Positions 12,759 through 27,028 of a stretch of 64,000 nucleotides of DNA are shown in pieces. Where the stretch lies: positions 5,084,001 through 5,148,000 of the forward strand of contig CP075492.1 of NCBI GenBank assembly GCA_021613535.1. The letters run 5' to 3'. Source of the DNA: Adineta vaga. Lineage: Eukaryota; Animalia; Rotifera. The position numbers and the translations under genes are program-made. How positions within the stretch are numbered: position 1 is the stretch's first letter; each line of letters opens with the position of its first letter. Below the pieces are notes generated by a model that saw only the letters and a list, made by a program, of their open reading frames with translations, searched no databases and was not told where the DNA came from.

Positions 12759-14816
12759 TCAGTCAAAAACACGATAGAATTGTCCCCATGCACGAAATTC
12801 GGTTTCCTGTTTTAATCGCTTATGTAAACTTGTAATGATTTTTGTCAATACTTCTCTTTTATTCTTGTTTATTCCAGTTGGATTTTGCCAATTGATAAAA
12901 AATGGATGACTTTTATTTTTCCAAAAGTAACGATCTTTTTCTGTATAGACATGATCGACAAGAATATCTACTAAACCTTGGAAACGTCGATCACGATGGA
13001 ATGCTTCTGAAGGAAAGATAAACATGACAGGAATATTCAATGCTAAGCAAGGCAACAGAACATGTAAACGGCCAGTTAATACTAATTTCGAGTTAAGCAA
13101 TTGTTGAAATCGTTTTTTCACTTGATTAAAATCATCTAACTGTTCATTAGCTTTATTGACATAAGGTGATGTATATATAGCACTACTCCATGTTACATTA
13201 TTCTGTAGAATATCTGGTGGAACAAGAAATTCTAATAAGTTTTTGTGAACATCAACGATATGAATGGATGTTTTGGATTTATTAGGAAATTGTGTGAACG
13301 ATTGAAACTTTAGGGTCGTTGTTAGACATCCAGAAAACCATGATGATATATTATATGTTTTCAATGATTGCAAAGTTGCCCTGTCACGAGCTCCAACAGG
13401 TCCATATTCACGATATGTTCTCTTAATTGCCAACATGATCTTTGTCATTTGCGGAATGATATGCATTGAAATATAGACAGGTCGAAAATGATTTGGTGGT
13501 GGCCAATATTGGTGTTGTTTTGATTCTCGATGAAGAAAAGCCCACCATGCATTCATTAAAATCAAAACAGGTGTATGTGAATCATTTCGAAATGTACTTT
13601 GACCAAATATCATAGGATTCGATGATGGAAGATTATGCAAATTATCTCGCTCAAAAAATCGATCAACACATGGATAATATTGTAATGATGCCCATGCTTG
13701 TACATAATCACCATTATTATCACTATGATGCATATGTTGATAGATTAATTGTCCCATATGAATTCGTTCAATTGATGAATGAAAACAAGATATTTGCTTG
13801 GGTGAAACTAAGTTCCTTGGTAAAGTAATCAAACGATCAATCAATGAATTTTTCATTGGTGGAGGTATGTATTGTGGTACACGAGTGATTGAAAAATGAA
13901 TTCCATATCGATGTTTATCATTTTCCCATGTTGCCATTCGAACTGACGAATCTTTTGTAGTAGACCAATTAGCAAACATTGCTTGTTTATCAAAACCATA
14001 GAAAGTATTTGTAGATAATAGATGAATAGAATCGTTTGCATCTGCCCATGAATGAACAACCTTTGATAATAGAAATTCTGCGTCTAATTTCATTATACCT
14101 TGCTTTTCATAGGAATTAGATATTTCAATTAAAAATTCATTAATAAAACGATGTCGTAAAGTTGATATTGAGAGAAAATCTAAACCCGTTCGATAGCTAT
14201 CTCGTGGTACCAAAGTGATTGTGTTAGTTGATGTCAGATGGGTGATTGGTTTGATTAGAACGATGTCAGTTGACACGTAAGTTCCACCATAATGCCACAG
14301 TAAAAGTATAGAATATATCAATTTTAAATGTTTGTACATTGGTATCGAATAATCGGATGGATTGTATGATTGATTTAAATGATCAAATGTTATAATTGTT
14401 TACATTGCTGTTTGATATTTCCATTGAACATGTTCGTTTAACCACCATTTTAAGGGTGTTTGAAAGATTAATGATGACTCTAATTCGTGTACACGCAGAT
14501 TGGGAAAGGTGGTTTTTGGAATCTGTAATCGATCATGACCGACAATATATAAATGAAACTGTGTTTTCGGATGTAATTGAGTCCAACGATATAGAAAATT
14601 AGTTGTTAAACATGATAATTCGGTCACGCCTGGTTCTGGTAATTCAATGGAAAAATAATGATCGATTTTCGATTTCTCGAATACGTCTTCTCTATAGAGA
14701 ACATATCCAGGGTGGAAAGAGATAGATTTCCTCGGATAAAAGGTACCCATAAAACCAACATAAATCAAACATGATCCAATTATGATTAACAACCATGTAT
14801 TGTTACTTATTTCCAT
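12759..14816 (-). pseudogene. Type II membrane GT32-like glycosyltransferase fused to polysaccharide pyruvyltransferase-like domain; one in-frame stop
   Basis: N-terminal TM; LLWHYGGTYVSTD (GT32-like); NNGDYVQ, VGARD, SGCLT, TGRLHVLLPCLALNIPV (pyruvyltransferase-like); the two ORFs are in the same frame, separated only by TAA 14400-14402. Confidence 0.65.
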
Positions 14817-15794
14817 GTTTGATCACTGAAACAGTAACATATATTTTATACAAACAATGAATAGCAACAGACAAATATGCAGAGAAAACAAATACATTTT
14901 TTTTACTATACTCAAACTCATTTTCTTCAATGATATTGTGACGATTTTCGATAGAGGAGATGCATGCGCTGATGGGACTACGCGTTTATTTATTTCTTCG
15001 TCTCATAAATCGCATCGATATGATACAGAACACACGCTTATATACTCATATATCGATAGAAGGAAAGGAAAGGTAAAACAAAGTACAGCAAAATGTAAGC
15101 GAGAGCGTCACAGATATAATTATTTGTAACTCCCTCGTTTGATCATCGCTAAATTCTATTTTGATCTAGAAATCCATATGTCTTCATTTGCCCTTGACGT
15201 CTTTACAAATCTTACCTTTTTATTTGTGAATATGTTCTCTCTCTTTGTATTGCTTTTTTCAAATAAAATATAATTAATAATGAGATTGCGTAGGGGCGCA
15301 ATAAGACTTCGCGTAGCAATGTAGTGAAATTCTATTGATATGAATGTTGAATAATACTCAAAAATTACCATAAAAATATGTTCGTATCGTATATTCGTCA
15401 ATGTACTGCTTTTGTTTTTCCAAGTAGATAATCAAGGAAAAGTAGTTAATCATTACTGTAATATATGAAATGAAATTAACAAGGAACTAAACAAAAGAAA
15501 ATGAATTGTATACGTACAATAGAATTATAAATATGTGAATTTGATCAATCATTAACGATTCACGATATGTTTTCCTTTGGATTCTCATCTTGATTATTTT
15601 CATTAATTAAACAACGATATAATGAATTGGGAATACATGAAAAGATATGAATGATCATAAGGAGAAAAATAATTATCTCGGCTGTTTGTTTACTCTGTTT
15701 TCTAGCAGAAAAAAACACTTTGAACACACATTAGAAGAAAAGCTGATGAATAAAAATAAACTTGACAGAATGAGAAGGAAAACTTTTCATTCTA

Positions 15795-17037
15795 TTAGGT
15801 TGTCAACAAAGTTTTGGCGTTTTTTTCAAAAATTTTATTTTTGTTTTTTCACTTCAAAAGTACAACTAGTTTTCAGATATATATTTACCATTACTATCTA
15901 CCACTTGTTGCCAACGCTCTGGCAGAGACATGATCCCGCGCTCGTAGAAGTCCTGGGATTTTTCATCAAAGAACTTGACAAGCTCCGTTTTGACATCGCT
16001 TTCGTCGTCGAACTTTTTATCACGTAAATCATTCGAAAGAGATCGAAACAAATGGTAGTCTGTTGGAGCCAAGTCAGGGGAATAAGGTGGATGAGGAATG
16101 GTAATCCAGCCGAGCTTCAATAATTTTTCACGGGTCGACTTTGCTACATGTGGTCTAGCGTTGTCATGTAAAAAATAAACTCGATCCTGCTTTCCCTTGA
16201 GCTTTTCTGCAACCCGATCCAATTGTTGACAGTACAGATCAGCAGTGATGGTGTAACCATTTGGTAGAACTTCCCAGTGGATAACTCCTTTGATACCCCA
16301 CCAGACGCTCAGCATCAATTTCTTGGGATGGAGATCAGCCTTCGGTGTTGCTACGCCGGTTTGACCAGCGCTCAGCCACTGACGTCGACGCGGGTAGTTA
16401 ACATACAACACCCACTTCTCATCACCAGTAATCAGATTGGATAACCATTGGTAGTTGCGGTGAGATGTGATTAAATCCATACATGCATCAACTCTCTGTT
16501 GCAGCTGATGTGCCGATAATTCATGAGGTATCCATACCCCATATTTCCAGGTCTTGCCTAATTCGTTCAGATGTTTTTCCACCGTAGTATGAGAGCACCC
16601 GAGCTGCTCTGCTAAACACCGTAAAGTCAGTCGAGGATCTTCTTCGATAAGCTGCTTTAAAAAGTCCACATCCACTTCCATTGGTCTACCAGATCGAGGT
16701 AAGTCGTCGAGTTCTAAATCGCCATTCTTGAAATGATTGAACCAACGTTGCGCGGTACGAGTGGAGACTAGACCCTGACCCATCGTGCCGCATATGTTGC
16801 TGGCTGCTTCCGTTGCTTTGTGCCCCAAACGAAATTCATGAAGTAAAAGCACTCGAACCTCTCTATGAGAAAGATTCATCTTTGACTCGACATCAACGTC
16901 CATATCAACGATTTTTTTTATCATTCAAAAGACATTCATGTCCTATATATATACCCTTAGTATGGAAACTTCTAGAACTTTCTTGGTTGTTCTACAAGAT
17001 TTTAGAAAAAAACGACAGAACTTTGTTGACAACCTAA
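15795..17037 (-). mobile_element. Full-length mariner transposon (1243 bp)
   Basis: TIRs TTAGGTTGTCAACAAAGTT.TG.CGTTTTTTT at both ends; TA duplication at 15793-15794 and 17038-17039. Confidence 0.97.
15866..16924 (-). CDS. Mariner D,D34D transposase
   Basis: HTH N-terminus, WIPHEL, TGDEKW, HDNARPH, YSPDLAPTDY; uninterrupted ORF. Confidence 0.97.
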   Translation of the reverse strand: MIKKIVDMDVDVESKMNLSHREVRVLLLHEFRLGHKATEAASNICGTMGQGLVSTRTAQRWFNHFKNGDLELDDLPRSGRPMEVDVDFLKQLIEEDPRLTLRCLAEQLGCSHTTVEKHLNELGKTWKYGVWIPHELSAHQLQQRVDACMDLITSHRNYQWLSNLITGDEKWVLYVNYPRRRQWLSAGQTGVATPKADLHPKKLMLSVWWGIKGVIHWEVLPNGYTITADLYCQQLDRVAEKLKGKQDRVYFLHDNARPHVAKSTREKLLKLGWITIPHPPYSPDLAPTDYHLFRSLSNDLRDKKFDDESDVKTELVKFFDEKSQDFYERGIMSLPERWQQVVDSNGKYISEN

Positions 17038-17785
17038 TACTATCATTACTATTAAAAGAAATATCACTGACGATTCAAACGATAGGATTTCTAACGGTTG
17101 AAATCTGAAATAACTGAATAAACTTGTAGGATCATAAAGATATCCAGATAAATCTCTTTGATCAGTAGATGAAAAATAATATAAATTAGATAATAATGAT
17201 CGTAGATTGATAAAGTCATGTAACGGAAAAGATGAAAGAAAATCTCCGATTTTGCCATATCCTTCATTATTGGATAGTTTTAAAGAGATGATCTTTTGTT
17301 CTAATTGAGTATCGAATGTAATTATCTGATAAAATTTATCAAATACAGATTTTTTCCATTTGTGAGAAATCGATATGTAATGGAATACTTCGAATTAGAT
17401 TGAAAAAACGAATGTTCAGTTGATCAAATGAATAGAATAAATATGGACCATTGAGATATCGAAAAGTCCAATCTTCGAATTCGAACAGTGTATTGTCCAG
17501 ACCGATTCTAATACGAGAAAGCGATTTCAATAGATGTCATACACAACTCAATTGTATTTTTTTTTCATTCGATGTTATATTTCGTATGATTGTTATCACT
17601 AACAATGAACATGTTGATATCTCTTTTTCTGTTCTCTTATTTCTACTTTTTTCGCTATTGTTCTACTCCGTACTCAAATCACCTTTCACTGCACTACACT
17701 AAACGTGTTTTGTTAGATTTAGATTCGTATCGACGAAAAAAATACATTTTTTTCTTCGAGATTTAAATCCTTTCCTGTTATCATT

Positions 17786-19399
17786 ATGGCTTCGATTATC
17801 AATTCTCATATCTTCAAGGATATCTTTGGTACTGCTGCTATGCGTCGTATGTATAGATATAAGAAATAGTTATAATACACTTGTTTCTTTCTTGCATAGA
17901 TCTTTGGTCTGATAAAGCACGTACTGCCTATTATTTGAAGTGGGAAGTTGCCTTAGCTAAAGTACAAGCTAAACTGAAAATCATTCCTCAGGAAGCTTGT
18001 GATGAGATTATTGCCAAAGCAAAAGTCGAAAATATTGATTTCGATAAGCTCAAACAAAAAACTGAATTAATTGGTTATCCTGTACTAGGTGTTGTTCAAC
18101 AGATTGGTTCTATATGTCGTGATGGTCTTGGTGAATGGTGTCATTGGGGTGCAACAACACAGGATGTCACAGACAGTGCTACTGTTATGGCTATACGTGA
18201 CTCTCTAAGTATCATTGAAACTGATCTTGATCACATCATGAATAGTGTTGCTAAGTTGGCTGAAGATCATCGTTTGACACCTAGTAAGTTTCTGTGTCTG
18301 ATAGTATTGGTATTTCTTTAAGTGTATGATTTATTTTCTAGTGGCTGGTCGTAGTAATTTACAACAAGCTGTACCCATCAGCTTTGGCTTCAAGATGGCA
18401 CGTCTTCTAGCAACTTTTCAACGACATAAAGAACGTATTGGAGAAATTCGAAAACGTGTGTTGACTTTGGAATTCGGAGGAGCTGCTGGTACTCTTGCTA
18501 CTTTAGACAGCAATGTAGCATTGAAATGTCAAGCAGAACTAGCACGTGAACTGCAATTAACTCAACCAGAAATTGCATGGCATACAGAGCGTGATCGTAT
18601 TGCTGAAGTGGGTGCGTTTCTCGGTATTCTATGCGGTACTTTATCGAAAAATGCGACAGATATAAAGGTATATACAATAAGAGAAAAGAAATCAGTTATA
18701 TTCTTCTATTTTTTTCCATCATAATTTAGTTGATGATGCAAACTGAAATTGGTGAAGTTTCCGAACCCTATGTTCCTCATCGTGGATCGAGTTCTACCAT
18801 GCCAAATAAAGTTAATCCAATTAGTTGTGTATATATTCATGCATTGGCAGCAACTGTTCGTCAACATGCTGCTGCTCTTATGGATGCTATGGTTGAAGAT
18901 CACGAGCGTTCTACCGGTCCATGGGAAATTGGTTCGTTTCTCAAATCTTTCCAAACTAATTTTTCATTACAGTGATGTTCTTCTTTTCTTTTTAGAATGG
19001 ATCGTTCTCCCAGAAGCTTTTATTCTTACAGCTGGTGCATTAAATCAAAGCAAGTCGTTAATGGCTGGTCTACAAGTTCATCCTAAGAACATGCGTCGTA
19101 ACTTGAATTTGACAAAAGGTCTCATTGTATCCGAAGCAGTTATGATGGGTCTTGGCGCAAAAATAGGTCGTCAAACTGCACATGATCTTGTCTACGAATA
19201 TTGTCGTCGTGCCGTTCTTGAAGATCGTATGTTGATTGAACTTCTCAAGGAAGACAAGACTATTTCTGAAGTCTTATCAAATTCTGAACTCGAATATCTT
19301 TGTAATCCGACAAATTATCTCGGTCTAAGTGGAATCATGGTTGATAATATTCTCAATGCTTATAAAACGACTATACGAACTAGGGATACTGGCGCTTAA
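17786..19399 (+). CDS. Class II fumarase/aspartase-superfamily lyase (PcaB 3-carboxy-cis,cis-muconate cycloisomerase / adenylosuccinate lyase-like), 5 exons
   Basis: HWGATTQD, GRSNLQQAVP, GSSTMPNKVNP signature, DHERSTGPW; introns 17847-17899, 18284-18341, 18668-18729, 18932-18995 all keep frame. Confidence 0.88.
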
Positions 19400-19881
19400 T
19401 CGACTTAAATTAATGATGTTGATATTGTTGATCCAATTCATTTATTATTTCTTTGTTGTCGCTAATAATATCACTTCTTTTTCAAATATATGTAGAACTT
19501 ATAAGTATATAATCAAAATTTTCTAATACTATATCATAAGAGTTACATCAAACTGTAAATGGTTAAATAACAATAACAATACTGATTCTTTTTCTTTTTT
19601 TGATATTTGCTTAAGATGGTATCTGTGAATGTATATGAGTGATAGAGTGAGTGTGTTGATATTTTTCTTTTCTAAATCAAACATCTGGAAGAATAAAGTA
19701 AGTGTAAAATTACTAACAACAAATTATATGCATAATATATTCTCTCTCAAAAGCTCGAATTAACATTTAAATTTTGTTGTCTTATTTATAATATGGTTAA
19801 AACTAATCTCTTTTGATCTTATCTTTATAATCTCAAGCTTCACTTACACAAACTTGTTTTTGAGAAGACGCATAAATTCTA

Positions 19882-22241
19882 ATGGACAAGACATTAGAAT
19901 CACTTATTACTACACTATGTACATCTTCAATATCCACTGATACAATACAACAAATTACACATTTCCTTCAATTACAAACAGATGAAACATTATCTGCATG
20001 TATCTCTCAATCATTTCAATCATTACTTGATTTACATCAATGGTCATGGCAATTACTAAGTCAAGATTCTCATTCGTGGATTCATGAATCTTCTTATCGA
20101 GAATATTTTAATGCACTTGCAAATTTTGATCAAATAATGATTTTCAACGATAGTATCGACATTGACATAAAAGTTCATCTTATTTTCTCTATGACTATTC
20201 CTCAAATCAATGATATGTTCACTCAAATCGATCAAAATATTGATGATGATGATAATAATTCTTATATAACTATAATTAGTTTATTACTCAATAATCATTC
20301 ATATTTTCTCTTTGAAAATCCAGATTACAATACTATATCTATTGTCGATCATATTGGCCAACATATTGTCAACACATATGTCATGAATAAACAATACAAA
20401 TTCTATCTAACTGAACTTCATCAACCAAATATCAATAAATCATCTTTGTTTACATCAAAAATGTTATTCTATGTCAAAACATGCTCATTTTATTCATATA
20501 CTTATTTGGTTTCTAAAACTCACAATTTCCCATATAATGCAGAGGAAATGATCGATTATCTTTCCTATGATTATTTACGAATGATTCGTACACATTGTCA
20601 TACCGTTGCATCATGGAACAATGGACAGCTGGATTGTATTGCACATTTAATTGCTTTCATTGTTGGATGCTGTTGGTGGGATGGACAAATTGAAAAACCA
20701 ATAAAAAAGATTTTTCCTAACGAACAAGTCACTTGTGATCATGTACAAGATCTCATACAACTATTATCTTATAAACCATTTCATAAACAAATCAAACCAC
20801 ATCGCTCGAATGGTGAAACAATTCTATTACATTCATCTTTAATGCTTTTTATATTAATCGTACAAAGATTGAATATTAATTGGTTCTTTCGTTCAAATGC
20901 AACAGTACGAGAAACAATTGTACTTATGGCTGAAACATCGCAAAATGCTGAGATTTGCTTAAGTGCATATAATATTCTTGGTGAAACACTTACAGATGAT
21001 CAATTAAAATATATGAAAATAGCTGATCACATTAGTAGTCGTTGTTTTCATTCTCTTGAAGGAGCTCTAAATCAATCGCCAAAGAATTTCAGAAGACTGC
21101 CGATTGTCTATATGCTAAGAGTATGTAGAAAAGAATCATTGTTTATAACGAGAAGAATATTGTTAATTTTCTCAAAGGTTTTCAATGTTTATCAAAAAAT
21201 GATTCAATGCAACAAAAAGCAGCTAGTTTAAATAAGATTTCTCTCTTTATTCAACTTTGTGATCAATATCCAATTACATGGGATATTATTTGGACATTTT
21301 CATTCAATTCTGATATTCAACAGCAACTTCGATCAAATAGTTTATTTATGTCGAAACTTGCTCATTTTGAAAAAGAAAATCATGATGAACAAATGAGAAA
21401 AATTATTCATGGAATTCTTTGGAATCTTGAAATTAATCATGAAAATCATTTATTATCAAATATCAATGATAATAATCAAACATTTGATATTATGATTAGT
21501 TATTCGCATAAAGAAAAACTTCTTTGTCAACAACTTTACAATGAATTAATCAAAGCAAATTATCGTGTATGGATTGATTTTGATCAAATGCATGGAAATG
21601 TTATGGATGCAATGGCACAAGGAATTGAACGATCACATATTATTATTCTTTGCATTAGTGAACAATATCGAAAGAGTAATTATTGTCGAGCAGAAGCACA
21701 TTATGCATTTCAATGTCAACGAAAAATTATTCCAATTCTATTGCAAAAACATTATAAACCTGATGGATGGTTATTATTTCTTATTGGTCAATTATCATAT
21801 GTAGATTTTACTAAATATGAATTTTCTCAAGCAATGAATAAATTATTCAAAGAATTTAATACATCGAATGATACTATTGAATTAAATAGATCAATCGTTT
21901 GTTCAAAAGAAACAATTCCTGTTGTATCTACTACATCAAAAGATGTGAATAATATTCTCGAATGGACACCATTACAAATTCAACAATGGTTAACAGAACA
22001 TAATTTAATTCAAATGTCTCGTTTATTTTCTGATTGTGATGGTCGTAGTTTAGTTTATTTAAGAGATTTTATGATACATGGTGATTTTAGATCAATGTTA
22101 AATTCACTTCAAGAAGATTCACTTCGACGAACAAATCAACATTTATCTATTATAGAATTATCTCGCTTTCTTTCATTGATTAAACAACAAAAACGATTGG
22201 TACAATTAATACGAAACAATAACAAAAAAAAAGAATCTTGA
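19882..22241 (+). CDS. Helical/ARM-like N-terminus, TIR domain and SAM domain protein
   Basis: FDIMISYSH, RVWID, SNYCRAEAHYA (TIR_2-like); LEWTPLQIQQWL..DGRSL (SAM-like); one intron ending 21177 (donor 21121 or 21125, phase ambiguous). Confidence 0.8.
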
Positions 22242-23546
22242 ATATATATAACTTCGGAATAATAGAAACTAATTTTTATTCTAGACAGATACGAATCATT
22301 TTGAGATTCTATTTATTTGCTATGATACTATCATTAACAATATTTCTTAAACGGTCGCTGTACGGAACGTCTTAGAATGATTTTTCTTGTAAAGTAGACA
22401 CACTCATCCTCGCGAAACTTATCGTATTATCTTATACTAATATGTAATCAAACAAATTTGCGACTTTTGATTTCAAAGGATATAATTATAATGCCATGAA
22501 AAGGTGTGTTCAATACTTAACTCAATCTCTAATTTGTTGTCTAGACAAAATACTCTGAATTATTATTTAAGGCATATAATTAATCTTCGAGTAGTACGTA
22601 TTAATTCGAAAAGAAAAAACAATTGCTATAGATAGATGACTAACAAACAAATATGACTAAAAGATGATCTTCCATCAATGTGTTCAATTACTTACGATTC
22701 ATAAACATTTATCGAATCATTAATGAACTCTTTGTAGAACGACACCATTTCGTCTGAAATTCATCATTTCTTTATTTGGTTTCCAACAGAGAAAAGAATG
22801 CCAGATAATTATTGAGATATAAAGCTATAATTGAGTGAGATTATACCATTGTCGACATGGATAAAGACAAATAACAATGAAATAAAAGATTGTTAGATAG
22901 AGTAAACAACATAACATTGGTCAATAATGAAGAAGAATCTTTTCTAATCAATGTTTGAAATAATTCAGGATTAAATATAAACCAATTATAAAAATGACAA
23001 GAAATATTAATGATGGAATAAACATAGGAATTGTAGTAGACTAGACTGTTAGGACTTTTAATATTTCTCTATGATTCCTTCAATTAGAACACTCTATTCG
23101 AAAGAAGGGAAGGCATGAAATAAAGCCATACGAAACACGATCCTTCATTGGCCAAAATCCGTTCATTTTTACAAAGTTTTAGTTATCCATGAGTTTGTAG
23201 AGAATTTCAAGCGTTATCTATTGATAGAAGATGTGTTCTTACTAGAGAAATATCAAAATTACAAACAGTCTGATTTATTCTGGAGTATACTCTCAAATTT
23301 ACCGATTTGGCTTCTGTTCATGCTTACTATCTTCTTCCTTTGCTCTCGAGTAGCAATACATGATAAGAAAATATTTCATATCGTCACATCTTTCCAACAT
23401 GTTATCATGTATGAGTCATTACACAAATAAAGTCTCTCAACTATTTGTCTAAAACGGGAATATAATTAAAAAAATTTTTTTCATAAGAGCTTTATTTATT
23501 AACCATAAAATTCTATCCAAATTTTAAGATTTTTTAGACAAAAAAA

Positions 23547-24465
23547 ATGTTCGAAAGACTTAAAGCTACGTTCGCAAAGGTAATTGTAATCCAATATATC
23601 GACAATCAACAGATTAATTTTCATTTTGATCATAAAAAGGCACACTTTCTCTTAACATTTAGGTAAAAGAAAGATATAGAAGAACACTGTCCGTTTTTGG
23701 TTATGGTTAAATCAGCTTTCATGTCTTGCACAGTTGTTAGGTTGGGCAGTTGCAACATATTTATTGTGGAAACTTTTACATCCTATTCATACAACATGCA
23801 AAAATTCTTTTTTTGCGCAATATTATCCCGAAAATTACACTCTTGAAGCAGAAAACGAATGCCGTTTGACAAAAGAAGGTAGAATGATTTTTCTGTCCTA
23901 TTATTTTTGCAGTTTGATTGGCAATCTAATACTGATAATTATGTATTTCAACAAATGTCTTATCCATTTTGAACCTTGCCATATTGAGAATAATCGATGT
24001 AAGAGTATATTCTCGATTTTATTCATTCCCATAACTTACATCATCACTATTATTCATATGACTTTGTATGTGATATGGACACCAGCATTACGAGATTCAT
24101 TTACAGTAAAAAATTTTAATCGAAAATGGATGGGTTATTCAAAAAGAAAATATCGCAGTGTTTTTACACTTATTCAAACGGCATATTTATTGGTAAATGC
24201 TCTTGAAATGTCAGTTATACATGGTTTATTCAAATCAGATTTGATGAAATCTTTTGCAAACGTGCTATTATTCTTTGGTATAATCAATATCGTGGCACGA
24301 ATCGTTATTTTCGTTCCTCGTTGTTTGAAATATTTCATAGAAGGAATCTTTCAATATTGTAAAGCCTGTTGTGAAGAAACAGCCTTGAATTATGATGATG
24401 ATGATGATTATACAAATGGAAGAACTGAAATTACACCCTTGAATCCAAATCATGAAACAGCATAA
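23547..24465 (+). CDS. Multi-pass membrane protein of unknown function
   Basis: 243-aa hydrophobic ORF with about 5 TM segments, plus a probable short first exon from ATG 23547. Confidence 0.55.
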
Positions 24466-24615
24466 CAGAAAACATAGATATTGTTGTCTATTATTCTTCT
24501 AAATAAATTGCTGTCGAACTTTTCAGCGTCTTTATTTCCGTTTCATAAGAAATACACAATAGACTGTATAGAATAATCTTAAAACTATATGGATGCCGAT
24601 TTCAAGTGAACAGCA

Positions 24616-26330
24616 TTATCGTGAGTGTTTGTCGATGCTGCTCATATATGATTGTAAAGCTTCGTATTTCAATGCTGACGAACAAGACTCAACAAGTACT
24701 GTAACAGTCTGAGTTTTCAGCGAAGTGAATAGAAGAAAAATGATAATTGAAACTAAAATAAGTGGAAAAGAAAAACAAAATAGAGATGGTTGTAAGATAT
24801 TTTCTGCTTGTATTTTCGATAGGAGAACTGTTTTGCTCGATGTTCTCAAGTAAATCATTTTTAAAGAAATAAACTAAACTAGAGGTAAACAAAATGGCAG
24901 CAGAAAAGAGAACTATTTTTGATCGTTGATGTATCTATTGCATAGTTAAAGAATCTCTAAAAACTTCATAATTTGTCAATAGAAACAAATAGATGCATGT
25001 GATAATACGTTGTTGTTTTATAGAATCTTCTGTTCAATTAGTAGACGATTTAAACATATTTAACATTTTTGCCCATCGACCTAACTGGCACATATGTACC
25101 CAGCATATAGTCATATGAATCAAGTTAAATATAAGACTAAATATTTATTATAATCAAATCATATCATGTATAGCAACAATGTTTGTGGAAGAACGTTTGC
25201 ATTTTAATACAACCTTCATTCAAAACTGGTACAAGTAACCGAAGTATGGTAGTTAAACCACCATAGAGACTGATTAAGAAAGTGATAGTATGAGAGAAAT
25301 TCACCTGATCTGTTTTAGTGTACGTGCAGAAAGAAGGGGCATATTGATCAAAATAATTTTTATATGTATAATTGTTGTTGTCGTTCTTCAATAAAGAGAT
25401 TGTTGACATAATCTTTCACAGAATTTCTGTCTGTTTAAATGTAAAAGTGGATTAATTCATGACAAATTTGTCTATAAGAAGAAAAATTCTAGTGAAACAT
25501 TTTCAAATTGTGTGGTACACATACATTCTGCAAAAAATTCATTTGTTATTGCAGATGCAGATATATTCAGCTCCTTATATGATGATCCTTCAGGTCACGC
25601 TCTATGAATATCGCTATCATGACGTTATCGGGTATCGAATAGAAACCAGCTGGAACAACAGAATTTTCATCAATACACTTGGATGTTCCGTTGAGATAGT
25701 ATGTATAATCTACTTTTATACCGTAATCAATATCATTTAGTATTTCAGAAACTTCATTTTTATAGAATGAACACAATGCTGCTAATAATTCGAACTAGAA
25801 ACAGAAAAAAAAATAGAAGATTTAGAATAATTCGTTAAAACTAAATCAACAATACATACATCCGAGATTCAGCCGGTGCTCAAAAGTCCATCACTAAGAA
25901 CAGACTTGCTCGGGCTAGGTAGAGTGCTTCAATCTATTGTTTACTAACAAATACGCTTGAACAAAGAGGATGCAATGATATTGTATTGTTAACGAAAGTT
26001 TTGTAAGGCACACTAATGTTTGTACATGGACAAGAAAGTGTTTCACCATGTTTCAAATGTAATTGATCGAAAGAAGATAAGAGTGACATCTGATTTTTTT
26101 ACTATTCGCTTCTGTGTAATCAACAAAACCCGTGATGTCAAAATTTTCCCTATTTCTTCCAAAGTAAGTAATACGAACTTGCCTGTCAAAAGAGTAACGT
26201 AAAGTCTAGTTGCACATTTTTGTTGTTGAAGAATTGTTGCTTGATTTTCTGGTTCATCATTATTATCATGATAATCATCATCGTCTAGAATAAAAGGATT
26301 TTATGTATTTGTGGAACCAAGAAATTAAAT
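24616..26330 (-). pseudogene. Decayed fragments of a large repetitive membrane-protein family gene
   Basis: Broken frames with recognisable motifs (YKNYFDQYAPSFCTY, LYGGLTTILRLLVP, IFLLFTSLKTQTVTV); many stops. Confidence 0.5.
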
Positions 26331-27028
26331 TTATTGCACGCATTGTGACGTTATTCTACAATAAACACGTCTTTGTGTTTCACGTAGAAATTTTGACCGT
26401 AAGAAACTGTCGATGGGCAAATATTTTGAATAAAAATGAACTGAGTAAAAATAAAAATTACAAATGTATATAGAAAAGAAAAGTGAATAGCTAATTTCCT
26501 GCCTGAAAACATGTTCATCAAAAACAAAGTGTAATGAATATTTTATTAGGAGTTATTGTTGCGTAGTTCAATATTGAGAATGGACGATAGATCTCTAACG
26601 CATATCGTTACTCACATCCAGACCCTCAAAAACGTTTTCTGAATTAATAAAATTCTGTAGCATGTATGTATACTTCGAGATGCACACTGAAGGTGAAAAA
26701 AACACTTGATTGTAACCTTGATATCTTACAAAACATTCAATATGAAAAATATAAATGGTCTACTGGTGTAATACAGGTACGTTTTGTTTTTATTGTAATA
26801 TGATGCTGACTCATTTAACAAAATACATAAACGTGAGTGTTAAAAAGTAAAAAATTATGATAATTATCCCACACAAACGTTAGAAAGATAATACGAATGC
26901 GTATAAGCAATCAAATACTCACTTCCGTTAACGACATAAGTATAAATGCAAGGTTTTTGCTCTTGTCTTTTTACGAATATACATATGTTCATCTTGCAAA
27001 GTAGTTAATATATTTTTCCTTGACAATT

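Noticed and set aside
14340-14402. Intron removing the stop in the glycosyltransferase
   Set aside because: GT present but no AG acceptor before the conserved GT32 motif; frames are already continuous
22600-23430. Possible decayed coding sequence
   Set aside because: No consistent frame or motif I could assign
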